Of a stretch of DNA of 64,000 nt, positions 42,791-53,156 are shown piece by piece (the first letter of the stretch is position 1; every line of letters begins with the position of its first letter). Below the pieces are notes generated by a model. That model searched no databases and was not told where the DNA came from. It worked only from the letters and a program-made list of their open reading frames with translations. The stretch lies in the NCBI GenBank assembly GCA_040388745.1, contig JAZKBF010000032.1, forward strand, positions 82,246 through 146,245, read 5' to 3'. This DNA comes from Bacteroidota bacterium (GTDB lineage Bacteria > Bacteroidota > Bacteroidia > 2-12-FULL-35-15). The position numbers and the translations under genes are program-made.

Positions 42791-43131
42791 TTTATTTTAA
42801 TAATTTTTTCAACATTAAATATCGCTGACATTTAGATTATAAAATTAATGGTTTTGTATGAATTGAATGCATTCTTTCTTTTTAATCGATCATAAATTGA
42901 ACACTGATGAGGCAGGTCGTTATATGATCAAATATGATTTTAAACGTATTAATTATAAAATTGTGATTGATTTAAGTGTTGAAACCTGATCAGATTTTGT
43001 GAGTTCCATTATTTTTAACTGCCTGCAATGTGGCATATTCAAGGGTCTAATGGAAGGTGAAAATAATTTTAAAAATGAAATTGTTTTTTCTTATATTAGC
43101 TTTTTATTTCAGATTAAAGCCTCAAAAAAAG

Positions 43132-46100
43132 ATGATTTTCAAAAAAGCAATTCTTTCATATAGTTTTTTTCTCATTAGTTGTTGTTTGCTAAAAGCACAA
43201 AGCATCCAGCTTTTCACAGAGGACTTCCAATCTGGTGGTACTTCTTTAACAATCAATGGTTCCGGTCCGGGCTCTGCTATAGGTACCAATCAATGGGTCA
43301 TAAATAATCAATATAGCGGTGCTCCTACTTACCCAAATACTATGAGGCAGGACAGTACTTATAGTGGAACTATAGGTTCCGCGCCTTATAGCAGTTCCCT
43401 TCATATCCATGATGTTCCATCTCTAATAACCAATTGTAACTATAACCCTGCAAATCAATCGGATAATTTTGCATACACAACCGATGGTTTATGCACATTG
43501 GGAATGGATTCTGTTCACTTTAGCTTTTTTTACCTCTCCGAAGGTTCCTCAGCTGCTTATGGTAAAGTGTATTATAGTGCCAACAACGGGCCCTGGATAC
43601 AGACAGGCCAAAGCCAATACAACAATAAATATAAATGGAAGTATGAAGATATTACCATCCCCGCTTTTAGCAATGTAGGTAATCTTCGTTTTGGTTTCAG
43701 ATGGGAGAATGACAATGGCGCCTCTCCAAATTCAGTGGCATTTGCAATTGATGATATAAATATTGTAGCAAGTTATGATCTGATCGATCCTGTAACTATT
43801 GCCATTGATAGTGTTTCGCCAAGTTCGGTTTGCCAGGGGACCTATCTTACCATTTATTATACACTTTCTGATACCTTGTGTAATGGAACGTATAAAATTG
43901 AATTATCTAATTCTTCAGGCAACTTTCCAAGTAGTTTTACTTCTTGGGTAACTACTATCTCCTATCCTCAAACAACCGGTGTAATTGGTATCCAGCTTCC
44001 AAATGCGGCAACTCCCGGTAGCTGTTATAAGATACGAATAAGTAGAACCGCTCCGGAACCTTTAATAACGGGTATTGCAAGTGTCTGTTTCACTATTCTT
44101 GATTGTCCTAATGTTATCACAACAATGCAGCCTGTTGTTACAATGGATACCAATGCCGTGTGTATTGGAAGTGCTATCGATATTCCTTTTGCTTCAACAG
44201 GGGTTTATACTTTTAATACGTACACTGCTCAACTTTCAGATTCTAACGGAACTTTTCCAACTACTCCTGTTGTAGTTGGTACATTTGTTAATTCAGGCAC
44301 TTATGATCCTGCATTGGGGACCCCTCCGGGTTCTGTTTCCGGTCAGGTACCGATTGTTCCTCCCGGATGTGATTATTATATCCGTATTGTTTCCAGCAAC
44401 CCTGTGGCAATAGGAAGCCAGTGGGGCCCTTTTTGTATCGGGGAATGCGACATTACCACTAATAATAAAATGGATCTGAATTATTGCGTTGGTGATTGTT
44501 CCATTTCTCCATTAGGTTTAAATTCATTAATACCTATTGATGTTAATACTTTTGATGATACAGCAGTTTATAATCCCGGGAATTTATTTACAACCCAGTT
44601 AATGAGTTCAATGACCTTTGCACAAATAGGAAGCAATGGGATTTTAGGTTCTGTTGCTGCTATTGACGATACCACATTAAATATTCACATTCCATGTAAA
44701 GACAGTTTACCAATAATTGGAGTGCCAATCGGTATGAATTATATGCGAATTGTTGGTACTAATTCAAGTGAAGCTGACAATACCCTTGGAAGCTTGATAA
44801 GGGTTACCATAGGCGCTATTCGTTCTACCCCCCAGATAATTAATTCCTATGATTATGGTGCAGATTATGATTTTACTCTGCCCTATCCCTGGAAACCGAT
44901 GAAAGATACTTTTTGTACTGGAGAAACAGTTATGTTGTTATTTAATCCTTATAGTTATTCTGATAATTCAACCTATAAATGGATCTGCAGTGGAATTAAC
45001 GGTGGAAACCCCTTTGTATCACCTTCAGGAGCCAATTCAAACGATCTTTATGTAACTTTAGGTGGTCCGGGAATCCTGACTTTTAAAGTACAGGAAACAA
45101 GTTATGGTTGCGTAGGTGCCTGGTCTCCTATAGATACTGTTGTTGTCCTCGGACCTCCTAACGTGTTGATTTCAGGACCAGCTATCGTTTGCCAGGGTGA
45201 TACCAATTTATTCCAGGTTCCGTTCAGTGATAATACGTATTACGCCTGGAATTCAAATAACGGAACGATAGTAGATACATCAAATAATGAAATTGATATA
45301 AAATTTACTACAACTCCAGGTTCCCATACCATAACAATAAATTCTATAAATCAATGCGGTTCAGCATCAGCCACTAAAAGCGTTCAGGTTAAGGCGTACC
45401 CTACTGTGAATGCGAATAACGATACCATAGTTTGTATCAATGAATCGGTATTGTTGAGTACCCCTGCAGGTTCAGGGTATACTTATTCATGGTCAGATGG
45501 TATAAGCGCCTTTAGTGCCACTCGCACGGCATCCGTAGCGCCAATCATAACCACCAATTATATTGTTACTGTTACCGGAGCAGGAGGGTGTATTAAAAAA
45601 GATTCTGTAACAATTCAAATTCAATCTCCTGTTACCGTTACTTATGCTGACAGTATTTGTCCTAACGGAGATTATTCAATCGCGCTAACTTCGGACACTT
45701 TAGGAACACAATATTTATGGAGCAATGGAGGAGCCAGCACTCAACAAATTTCGGTAGCCGATACAGGTGTATACACTCTTACGGTAAATTTTACAAACGC
45801 GGTATGTCCTAAAATAGAAACATTCAATGTGAAGCCGAATGTTTGTCCTGTTGAACTGGCGCTTCCCAATGTGTTTTCGCCAAACGGTGATGGCTATAAT
45901 GATTTTTTTATTCCTATTCCTTTAGGTGCATTTGATATATATGACATTGATAAATTTGAAATAAAAATTTATAGCCGTTGGGGACAACTCATTTTTGAAT
46001 CGGCAGATTCTTCCTTTAAATGGAATGGAAATAACAAGGGAGGTAAGCCTGTGTCTGACGGTGTTTATTACTACATTGCAGAAATAACATCCAAATCGGA

Positions 46101-46143
46101 TAAGCCTCAATCATTAACAGGATTCGTCACTTTAACGAGATAA
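43132..46143 (+). CDS. Large secreted Cys-rich protein with a T9SS type-B (gliding-motility-associated) C-terminal sorting domain.
   Basis: Signal peptide MIFKKAILSYSFFLISCCLLKAQS; the GTG-initiated ORF extends back to 43057. C-terminus NVFSPNGDGYNDFF...YSRWGQLIFES...WNGNNKGGKPVSDGVYYYIAEI...GFVTLTR matches the TIGR04131-type domain. Confidence 0.8.
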   Translation: MIFKKAILSYSFFLISCCLLKAQSIQLFTEDFQSGGTSLTINGSGPGSAIGTNQWVINNQYSGAPTYPNTMRQDSTYSGTIGSAPYSSSLHIHDVPSLITNCNYNPANQSDNFAYTTDGLCTLGMDSVHFSFFYLSEGSSAAYGKVYYSANNGPWIQTGQSQYNNKYKWKYEDITIPAFSNVGNLRFGFRWENDNGASPNSVAFAIDDINIVASYDLIDPVTIAIDSVSPSSVCQGTYLTIYYTLSDTLCNGTYKIELSNSSGNFPSSFTSWVTTISYPQTTGVIGIQLPNAATPGSCYKIRISRTAPEPLITGIASVCFTILDCPNVITTMQPVVTMDTNAVCIGSAIDIPFASTGVYTFNTYTAQLSDSNGTFPTTPVVVGTFVNSGTYDPALGTPPGSVSGQVPIVPPGCDYYIRIVSSNPVAIGSQWGPFCIGECDITTNNKMDLNYCVGDCSISPLGLNSLIPIDVNTFDDTAVYNPGNLFTTQLMSSMTFAQIGSNGILGSVAAIDDTTLNIHIPCKDSLPIIGVPIGMNYMRIVGTNSSEADNTLGSLIRVTIGAIRSTPQIINSYDYGADYDFTLPYPWKPMKDTFCTGETVMLLFNPYSYSDNSTYKWICSGINGGNPFVSPSGANSNDLYVTLGGPGILTFKVQETSYGCVGAWSPIDTVVVLGPPNVLISGPAIVCQGDTNLFQVPFSDNTYYAWNSNNGTIVDTSNNEIDIKFTTTPGSHTITINSINQCGSASATKSVQVKAYPTVNANNDTIVCINESVLLSTPAGSGYTYSWSDGISAFSATRTASVAPIITTNYIVTVTGAGGCIKKDSVTIQIQSPVTVTYADSICPNGDYSIALTSDTLGTQYLWSNGGASTQQISVADTGVYTLTVNFTNAVCPKIETFNVKPNVCPVELALPNVFSPNGDGYNDFFIPIPLGAFDIYDIDKFEIKIYSRWGQLIFESADSSFKWNGNNKGGKPVSDGVYYYIAEITSKSDKPQSLTGFVTLTR

Positions 46144-46192
46144 CCCCAAAAACTTCTAAGATGATTGGGTGTAAGAAAAATCTCCCTTATAT

Positions 46193-46223
46193 AGACCTGT
46201 CAGGTTTTCAAAACCTGACAGGT
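46193..46223. other. Perfect 11-bp-stem hairpin GACCTGTCAGGTTTT-caaa-ACCTGACAGGTC between the two type-B T9SS genes, ending 7 nt before the second gene's ATG.
   Basis: Seen directly in the sequence. There is no T-run, so this is not a classical terminator. It may be an RNA processing or translation-control element. Confidence 0.5.
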
Positions 46224-46229
46224 CTTGCT

Positions 46230-48758
46230 ATGGTAAAGATAAATAGCCGAATTTATCATACGTCAATTGCGCTGTTTTTTTTATTTATCTTCTTTTTCAA
46301 TTATTGCAAAGCACAAAATACTGTGCGAGCGTTGATGGAAACTTCTGTTAATAAAAAACTTTTCGGACTTTATTCTTCAAAAAGACCTTCTGATCCTTTA
46401 ATTAAGAACAGTGCTGATTCCACGGATATTTTTCCTTCAAACTTCCCTTCAACTTATCAACACTATAAAGAAGAAATTGATAAAAGAACATTAACCTCAA
46501 GAACATTTAAAGATAATAAGGGAGATGTGGTCATCCAATACAGCTCACAACATTTAAATTATCTTAATAAAGAAAATAAATTCGATCTCCTAAATACTAA
46601 ACTATCTCTCTTTTCTCAAACTCCTTCAGGGGAGAAGGATAGAGAGCATAACTCTGTCCATTCCTTATCCTGGGCTTCCTTGCAACAGCAATATCCAACG
46701 TATCTATACAAAGATGGTAGCACAGCATTATCATCAGATGAAAAAAATAAAATTATTTTTAACAAGAATTGTAAGATCAATGGCGATGAAATAAATTATT
46801 CCGATTATACAGTTGGAGAACAGGGTATGTTTATTAATAATGTAATTGCAGATATTGATAAGAAAATAATTTTTGATGAGAATACTATTGAAACAGATTA
46901 CATCATTCGTAATCCAATTAATACAAATAATAAGGACCTGGTCATTTCTGAAGAAATAGAATTGCCGGAAGGGTATTATGTCACAGCACTTCCCTACTCT
47001 CTCCAAGGGGGAAGGAGAGCAAACATACTAGGGGGCGAGGTATTTGTTGTGTACTCTCCCGGTGGCATTGAGAAAGCAAAATTCAGCGCTCCCGTTTTTT
47101 ATGATGCCAACAAAATAATTTTAGTTGGTAAATACAATTTGGTTAAACATCAGGATAAGATCGTTTTAGAAATAATTATTCCTGAACAATGGCTAAATGA
47201 CCCTAACAGAAGCTACCCGGTTACTATTGATCCTGTGGTTACCGGTCCTGTTTCTAATTATCCGGTTATTTTCATGAACTCTTGTGTGTTGCCGAATTAT
47301 GCGTTGGACAGCATGTTAATCACAATTCCTGCAGGTATTACCATAAGCCAATTTATTGTTGAAGACAGTTATTTCGCGGATGCTTTATCCAGTCCAGCGG
47401 CTCTTATGACTCATGGACGTATGGCCCTTGCAACTGTTTGTGGGGCGGTAACATTTTCCTGTCAGGGCACCACAGCCGATTCATCGGGTACCTGCTATTT
47501 AGTTCCGAATACGGATTTAAAAGAAAATTTAGCCTGTTGCTTTACGCCCTCATGTGCTGTTCAAACATTTTATCTTACACATGGTTTGGCAAGAGATAGT
47601 TACGGACCGGGCTGCAATCAGGATTATATCTATTATAGTCCTTTAGGAAACTGGCCGTTCAGCGCATTTATTGTAGGGAAAACAGTTGAAACGGCTCAGG
47701 CTCAATGGTCTGTTTTTCCAACAACAGTTTGTTCGGATAGCTGCACTATTTTTTTAAAAGTAAACACTAATTACGGTGTTCCTCCGTATACGATAACACA
47801 TCCTTGGGCTACCGGCCCCTCTCAATATGGCAGTTCCCCTGATGGCTGTACAAGCAATGGTTCAGATACTATTGCTTTAACTATTCCGGGTTGTCCTACA
47901 ACTTGTAGTACTACACCAACCTTAAGTATTCCGGCACCTTTTATTGTTGATGTTTGCGGGGATTCAGTAACCGGCCTTAGTGCGAAATCTATTACTATTA
48001 AGCCGGTTCCGGTTGCAACAGCAGGGCCAGTGAGTGTTTGTTCGGGAAGCCCTTTTAATATACCTGTTTCGTCCTGTGTAACCGGTAGTACTTTTCAATG
48101 GACAGGAAGCAATGGAACCAGCGGTACGGGGAATATAAGTGACAATGTATTAAACACAGGAACAAGTGCGATCACAATTAATTATTCTGTGATTCCAACA
48201 GCAAGCGGATGCATAGGCCAGCCAATAAGTGTTTCTGCCGAAATTGATACATTGCCTGTTATTAATGGTGGTTTAAATGATACTATTGAACCGGGTATCA
48301 GCACTCAGTTAAACGCTATTGGAGGATTTACTTATACATGGACACCTACTTCCGGGTTAAGTTGTGTTAACTGTCCTGATCCTTTGGCAACACCTGTAAT
48401 AACCACCACATACTATGTAACAGGGACTAATGAATCCGGTTGTTCGGGTGGCGATACGATCGACATTTTTGTAACTCAGGGAGGCGAGGTTTTATACATC
48501 CCCAATTCATTTACTCCAAACGACAATAAGTTGAATGATCTATTCTATGCTTACGGGACTTCTTTGCGAATTTTTGATCTGCAAATTTATGACCGCTGGG
48601 GCGAATTGATCTTTCGCACCAATGATATAAAACAGGGCTGGGATGGGAAATATAAGGGAAAAATGGTGGAAGGTGGCGTTTATGTATATACGGTGAGTTG
48701 TGAATGGTTGAGTGGCGTGGAAGCATACAGAAATGGAATTGTTACAGTATTGAGATAG
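46230..48758 (+). CDS. Large secreted protein with a T9SS type-B C-terminal sorting domain.
   Basis: Start chosen at MVKINSRIYHTSIALFFLFIFFFNYCKAQN; the ORF's upstream ATG is at 46161. C-terminus IPNSFTPNDNKLNDLFYAYG...YDRWGELIFRTND...WDGKYKGKMVEGGVYVYTV...GIVTVLR. Confidence 0.8.
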   Translation: MVKINSRIYHTSIALFFLFIFFFNYCKAQNTVRALMETSVNKKLFGLYSSKRPSDPLIKNSADSTDIFPSNFPSTYQHYKEEIDKRTLTSRTFKDNKGDVVIQYSSQHLNYLNKENKFDLLNTKLSLFSQTPSGEKDREHNSVHSLSWASLQQQYPTYLYKDGSTALSSDEKNKIIFNKNCKINGDEINYSDYTVGEQGMFINNVIADIDKKIIFDENTIETDYIIRNPINTNNKDLVISEEIELPEGYYVTALPYSLQGGRRANILGGEVFVVYSPGGIEKAKFSAPVFYDANKIILVGKYNLVKHQDKIVLEIIIPEQWLNDPNRSYPVTIDPVVTGPVSNYPVIFMNSCVLPNYALDSMLITIPAGITISQFIVEDSYFADALSSPAALMTHGRMALATVCGAVTFSCQGTTADSSGTCYLVPNTDLKENLACCFTPSCAVQTFYLTHGLARDSYGPGCNQDYIYYSPLGNWPFSAFIVGKTVETAQAQWSVFPTTVCSDSCTIFLKVNTNYGVPPYTITHPWATGPSQYGSSPDGCTSNGSDTIALTIPGCPTTCSTTPTLSIPAPFIVDVCGDSVTGLSAKSITIKPVPVATAGPVSVCSGSPFNIPVSSCVTGSTFQWTGSNGTSGTGNISDNVLNTGTSAITINYSVIPTASGCIGQPISVSAEIDTLPVINGGLNDTIEPGISTQLNAIGGFTYTWTPTSGLSCVNCPDPLATPVITTTYYVTGTNESGCSGGDTIDIFVTQGGEVLYIPNSFTPNDNKLNDLFYAYGTSLRIFDLQIYDRWGELIFRTNDIKQGWDGKYKGKMVEGGVYVYTVSCEWLSGVEAYRNGIVTVLR

Positions 48759-48819
48759 GGCATTTGAAGCTATGGTACGATTTGTGCATTAGTTCTATGT
48801 CTTTTGTTAAAAGCGTACT

Positions 48820-51800
48820 TTGATTTTATCAATTTTTACTTTTTTTTGTTTGAAAAATTTTTTAAAAAATAAATTCTTCTTTTTAGTTTTGGCTGCTCTC
48901 CTTTTTCTGGCAGCGTACTTCCTCTATCATCCTTTTGTTGACGGAGCTTCTCCTACAATTTCTGATTTCGAACAAATTTTACATAAAAAGGAAAAGCATT
49001 TAAATGATGAAATGCTGTCTTTGGCAAAACGTGCTGAAACACAAAATTACCATCAACTTTTTGCTGAAAAACCAGCCTGCTATAATACCCTGTTGGAGCG
49101 AGAAGGATTGGCTTTGTTAATTTATGAGAACGATACATTAAAATTTTGGAGTGATAACTCAATAGCTGTTGAGAACTGGATGAAAGAAGTTTGCCTGGAT
49201 ACAAAAATGGTGAAGCTTCATAATGGATGGTTTGAAGTAATGAAGCCAAACACCAATTCATCTACCACAAAAACGATCGTTGGTTTAATTTTAATTAAGA
49301 ACGAATATCCTTATCAGAATAAATATCTTGTAAATGAATTTCAAAAAGATTTTGCTGTTCCTGCAGAAACTAAACTAATGGTTAATTTTCCTAATGCTAC
49401 TAATCAGGTTAAAAATCTTGATCAGGAGTATTTGTTCTCCTTAGAATTTAATTCTGCAAACAATTCTATTGCCTGGCATTCATATTTTGCCTTAGTATTC
49501 AATTTATTTGGATTTTTTTTTATTATTCTGTTTCTTAAAAAAGCTTTTTTATCAATGCAAGCGAGGATTGGCAATAATACCGCTTTGGTATTATTTGCAG
49601 TCAGTGTTATGTTGCTGCGCTACTTTACCATAAAATTTTCAGTACCTGAAATTTTTTATGATTTCGAATTATTCAGTCCAAAAATTTATGCCGATGCTAG
49701 TTCGGTCTGGCTGACCTCTTTGGGGGATCTAATGATAAACACAGTGCTTCTGTTTTTTTTAACTTATTTTATTCTGAAGGAATACAAGATCGAAGGCATT
49801 TTAACACGGTTGAAAAATTTCAACAGGCTTGTATTCTTATTGCTTATGTTCCTTGCTTTTTTTTGGTTCTCATGGATCATCACTTCTCTTTTTTCGGGAT
49901 TAATTAAAAACTCCAACATTCCTTTCAGTATTAATAATTTATTTAGCCTTAACCAATACAGCTATTTCGCACTGGTCATTGTCGGTTTGCTTTTATTCAT
50001 TTATTTTTTGTGTGCCGATAAGATCGTATCCGTATTAAAGCAGTTTCAGCTAAACAAAAAACAATATGTTCTGGTTTTTATAATTTCTGCTGTAGTGCAC
50101 TCTACAATTTTGCATTTGTTGGGAATTCTTGATCTGATCATTGTTTTCTGGCCTTTTGTATTAGTTATAGTCATTGCCATTATAAAACAAAAACAAACCA
50201 CGTATTCTTTTTCAGGAATTGTGTTTTTGATTTTTCTTTTTTCTCTTTATGCAATGCACATTTTTGTTAAGCACACAAGTATAAAAGAGATAGAGAGTAG
50301 GAAAGTATATGCCGAAAAATTGGTTGCTGAACAAGACCCTGTTGCTGAATTTCTTTTCCACGATATAGAAAAAAAATTGATCAATGATTCAATTTTAATT
50401 TCATACATCAATGGCGTTGAAAAGCAAACTGAAAAATTCGAAAAACGTTTAAAACAAGTCTATTTTAGTGGTTTTTGGGAAAAGTATGATGTCAGGGTGG
50501 CCTTGTTTGACAGTTTTTGTATGCCTATAATAAAGTCGCAAAATACCTTGTTCGACAATAATCTTTATTTCGATGAGTTAATTGAAAAACAAAGTGTTCC
50601 AACATCATGCGAGCATTTTTCATTCTTAAATAACGCATCCGGAAAAATCAGCTACCTGGCGAAATTTCCTTTGTCGAAATCCAGCATAATTAAAGATTTT
50701 GGAACTGACCCGGCAAAAACTAAATTGGGGACCCTTTATATTGAACTTGATGCAAAATTTATTTCTGATGAAATTGGTTTTCCTGAATTATTGCTGGACC
50801 GAAATGTTGGATTGTCTCAGGAGTTAAGTAATTATTCGTATGCCAAATACAAGTACGATCAACTCATTAGCCAATATGGGAAGTTTCAATATGATCTGAG
50901 TGTGCTCGACTTTAATAACAATGTTGGCGATTTTTCGATCATTACCAAAGAAAATTTCAATCATCTTTTATATCGGCCTGACCCGGATACCCTAATTGTA
51001 TTGAGTAAACAAAAGGAGGGTGTAATAGATCAGGTTACGACCTTCTCTTATTTATTTGCATTTTTTAGTTTGCTATTGCTTCTGATTTCCTTTGCTGATC
51101 AGGTTTCAGGTGGCTCGCCTTTTAAAAATTTTAGTTTTAAGTATCGAATTCAGTTATTCCTTGTATTTATTGTTTTAACCTCTTTGGCTTTGTTTGGCGG
51201 AGGTACAATTTATTATATCAAACAACAATTTGAAACGAAAAACCGTGAAAACATCAGCGAAAAGATCCATTCTATTTTAATGGAAATGGAATCAAAATTT
51301 ATTGAAGAAAAAGAGTTGTCGAATGATATGGCCGAGTATATGAGCTTTACATTAAAAAAGTTTTCCAATGTATTTTTTACAGATATTAATTTATACGATA
51401 CCAAAGGGAACCTTTATGCTTCCTCACGTCCAAAGGTTTTTGATGAGGGGTTGACATCTAAAAAGATGGATCCCGAAGCATTTTTACAAATTGCTGTTTT
51501 CGGAAAAACGGAGTTTATTCACGATGAACGTATTGGTAAATTAGAATATTTATCTGCTTACATCCCATTTAAAAACAAGGATGGCAAATTACTGTCTTAT
51601 CTTAATCTACCTTATTTTGCGAAACAAAATGAACTGGAAAAAGAAATTTCAGGATTCCTTGTTGCCCTTATAAATATCTATGTATTGTTATTTGCATTGT
51701 CTATCGTAACAGCTATTCTTATTTCAAATTATGTTACTAAACCCCTTAAATTAATTCAGGATAAATTATCTAAGATCAAGTTAGGTAAAACCAACGAATT

Positions 51801-52575
51801 GATCGAATGGCACGAGATGGACGAAATTGGCAGTCTGGTGAGTGAATACAACAGAATGATAGGAGAGCTTGCTAAAAGTGCAGAATTGCTTGCTAAATCG
51901 GAACGGGAAAGTGCATGGCGCGAAATGGCCAAGCAGGTTGCACATGAGATCAAAAATCCGTTAACACCAATGAAATTGAGCATCCAGCATTTACAACGTA
52001 TCTGGAAAGACGATGCTCCGGATATGGATCAAAAAGTGGAACGTCTTACACAAACCATCATTGAGCAGATCGATACCCTTTCATCAATAGCAACAGAATT
52101 TTCAAATTTTGCTAAGATGCCGAAAGCAAATTTGGAAAAAATTAATGTTCAGGAAATTTTACTCAATAGTATTGCATTATTTCAGGACTCTGAAAACATA
52201 CATATTGATTTCGAAAATAAAACAAGAGATAATGCATTTGTTTTGGCGGACAAAGAACAACTCCTTCGCGTATTCAATAATCTTATCAAAAATGCAATTC
52301 AAGCCATTCCGGAAGAAAGAAAAGGGGAAATTGAAATTGGTTTGAAAGAAGAAAATGAATTTTACATTATTAGTATAAAAGACAATGGTATTGGAATAAA
52401 TGATGATGCATTAGATAAAATTTTTGTGCCCAATTTTACTACCAAAACCGGAGGTATGGGACTCGGCTTGGCAATGGTGAAAAGTATTATTGAAAGCAGT
52501 AATGGAAAAATAAGCTTTGAAACAAATCCCCCTGAAGGAAGTACATTTTTTGTTGCCCTTCCCGCGATAAGTTAA
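48820..52575 (+). CDS. Large polytopic sensor histidine kinase with multiple transmembrane segments, a periplasmic Cache-like domain, a HAMP-like linker and HisKA plus HATPase_c domains.
   Basis: H-box AHEIKNPLTPM, N-box FNNLIKNAIQA and G-boxes DNGIGI and GGMGLGLAMV. More than 12 predicted transmembrane helices in the first ~950 aa. No in-frame ATG occurs until about codon 60, so the start is probably a TTG at 48820 or 48850 and is uncertain. Confidence 0.75.
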   Translation: MILSIFTFFCLKNFLKNKFFFLVLAALLFLAAYFLYHPFVDGASPTISDFEQILHKKEKHLNDEMLSLAKRAETQNYHQLFAEKPACYNTLLEREGLALLIYENDTLKFWSDNSIAVENWMKEVCLDTKMVKLHNGWFEVMKPNTNSSTTKTIVGLILIKNEYPYQNKYLVNEFQKDFAVPAETKLMVNFPNATNQVKNLDQEYLFSLEFNSANNSIAWHSYFALVFNLFGFFFIILFLKKAFLSMQARIGNNTALVLFAVSVMLLRYFTIKFSVPEIFYDFELFSPKIYADASSVWLTSLGDLMINTVLLFFLTYFILKEYKIEGILTRLKNFNRLVFLLLMFLAFFWFSWIITSLFSGLIKNSNIPFSINNLFSLNQYSYFALVIVGLLLFIYFLCADKIVSVLKQFQLNKKQYVLVFIISAVVHSTILHLLGILDLIIVFWPFVLVIVIAIIKQKQTTYSFSGIVFLIFLFSLYAMHIFVKHTSIKEIESRKVYAEKLVAEQDPVAEFLFHDIEKKLINDSILISYINGVEKQTEKFEKRLKQVYFSGFWEKYDVRVALFDSFCMPIIKSQNTLFDNNLYFDELIEKQSVPTSCEHFSFLNNASGKISYLAKFPLSKSSIIKDFGTDPAKTKLGTLYIELDAKFISDEIGFPELLLDRNVGLSQELSNYSYAKYKYDQLISQYGKFQYDLSVLDFNNNVGDFSIITKENFNHLLYRPDPDTLIVLSKQKEGVIDQVTTFSYLFAFFSLLLLLISFADQVSGGSPFKNFSFKYRIQLFLVFIVLTSLALFGGGTIYYIKQQFETKNRENISEKIHSILMEMESKFIEEKELSNDMAEYMSFTLKKFSNVFFTDINLYDTKGNLYASSRPKVFDEGLTSKKMDPEAFLQIAVFGKTEFIHDERIGKLEYLSAYIPFKNKDGKLLSYLNLPYFAKQNELEKEISGFLVALINIYVLLFALSIVTAILISNYVTKPLKLIQDKLSKIKLGKTNELIEWHEMDEIGSLVSEYNRMIGELAKSAELLAKSERESAWREMAKQVAHEIKNPLTPMKLSIQHLQRIWKDDAPDMDQKVERLTQTIIEQIDTLSSIATEFSNFAKMPKANLEKINVQEILLNSIALFQDSENIHIDFENKTRDNAFVLADKEQLLRVFNNLIKNAIQAIPEERKGEIEIGLKEENEFYIISIKDNGIGINDDALDKIFVPNFTTKTGGMGLGLAMVKSIIESSNGKISFETNPPEGSTFFVALPAIS

Positions 52576-52644
52576 TAATCGAAAACGTAATTCTTCAACC
52601 ATTAGTTTTCGTATATTCGTAACCCTATTCGAACTATTTTTATT

Positions 52645-53052
52645 ATGAAACGACCCATAAGAGTTTTAATTGCAAAAGTTGGACTTGACGGTCACGACCG
52701 TGGTGCAAAAGTAATTGCTTCTTTTTTACGTGATGCAGGTATGGAGGTGATCTATACCGGACTTCGTCAAACACCGGAAATGGTTGTAAATGCAGCTTTG
52801 CAGGAAGATGTAGATGCAATTGGTATTAGTATTCTTTCAGGCGCGCACAATACCGTTTTCCCCAAAATAATAACCTTGATGAAAGAAAAAGGATTGGATG
52901 ATGTATTGCTTACGGGTGGCGGAATTATCCCTGTAAAAGATATGGAAAAGCTTAATGAACAAGGTGTAGGTAAATTATTTCCTCCGGGAACAGATACTAA
53001 AGAAATTATAGATTACGTGACCAGTTACGTAAAAGAACATCGTAATTTTTAA
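52645..53052 (+). CDS. Stand-alone cobalamin (B12)-binding domain protein, of the methylmalonyl-CoA mutase C-terminal / IcmB / MutS-sigma type.
   Basis: 135 aa with [20 protein letters not shown], the DxHxxG B12 lower-ligand motif, followed by a Rossmann-like GISILSGAH...LLTGGGIIP region. Confidence 0.8.
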   Translation: MKRPIRVLIAKVGLDGHDRGAKVIASFLRDAGMEVIYTGLRQTPEMVVNAALQEDVDAIGISILSGAHNTVFPKIITLMKEKGLDDVLLTGGGIIPVKDMEKLNEQGVGKLFPPGTDTKEIIDYVTSYVKEHRNF

Positions 53053-53156
53053 AATTATTTGCGGGTTTTGTTTATAAAAAGAATATTAGTGCAGCGTACA
53101 TCCCCAATAAAGGCTGAAGAAACCAGTTTAATAAAAATCCAAAGAAGGATTAAAAT

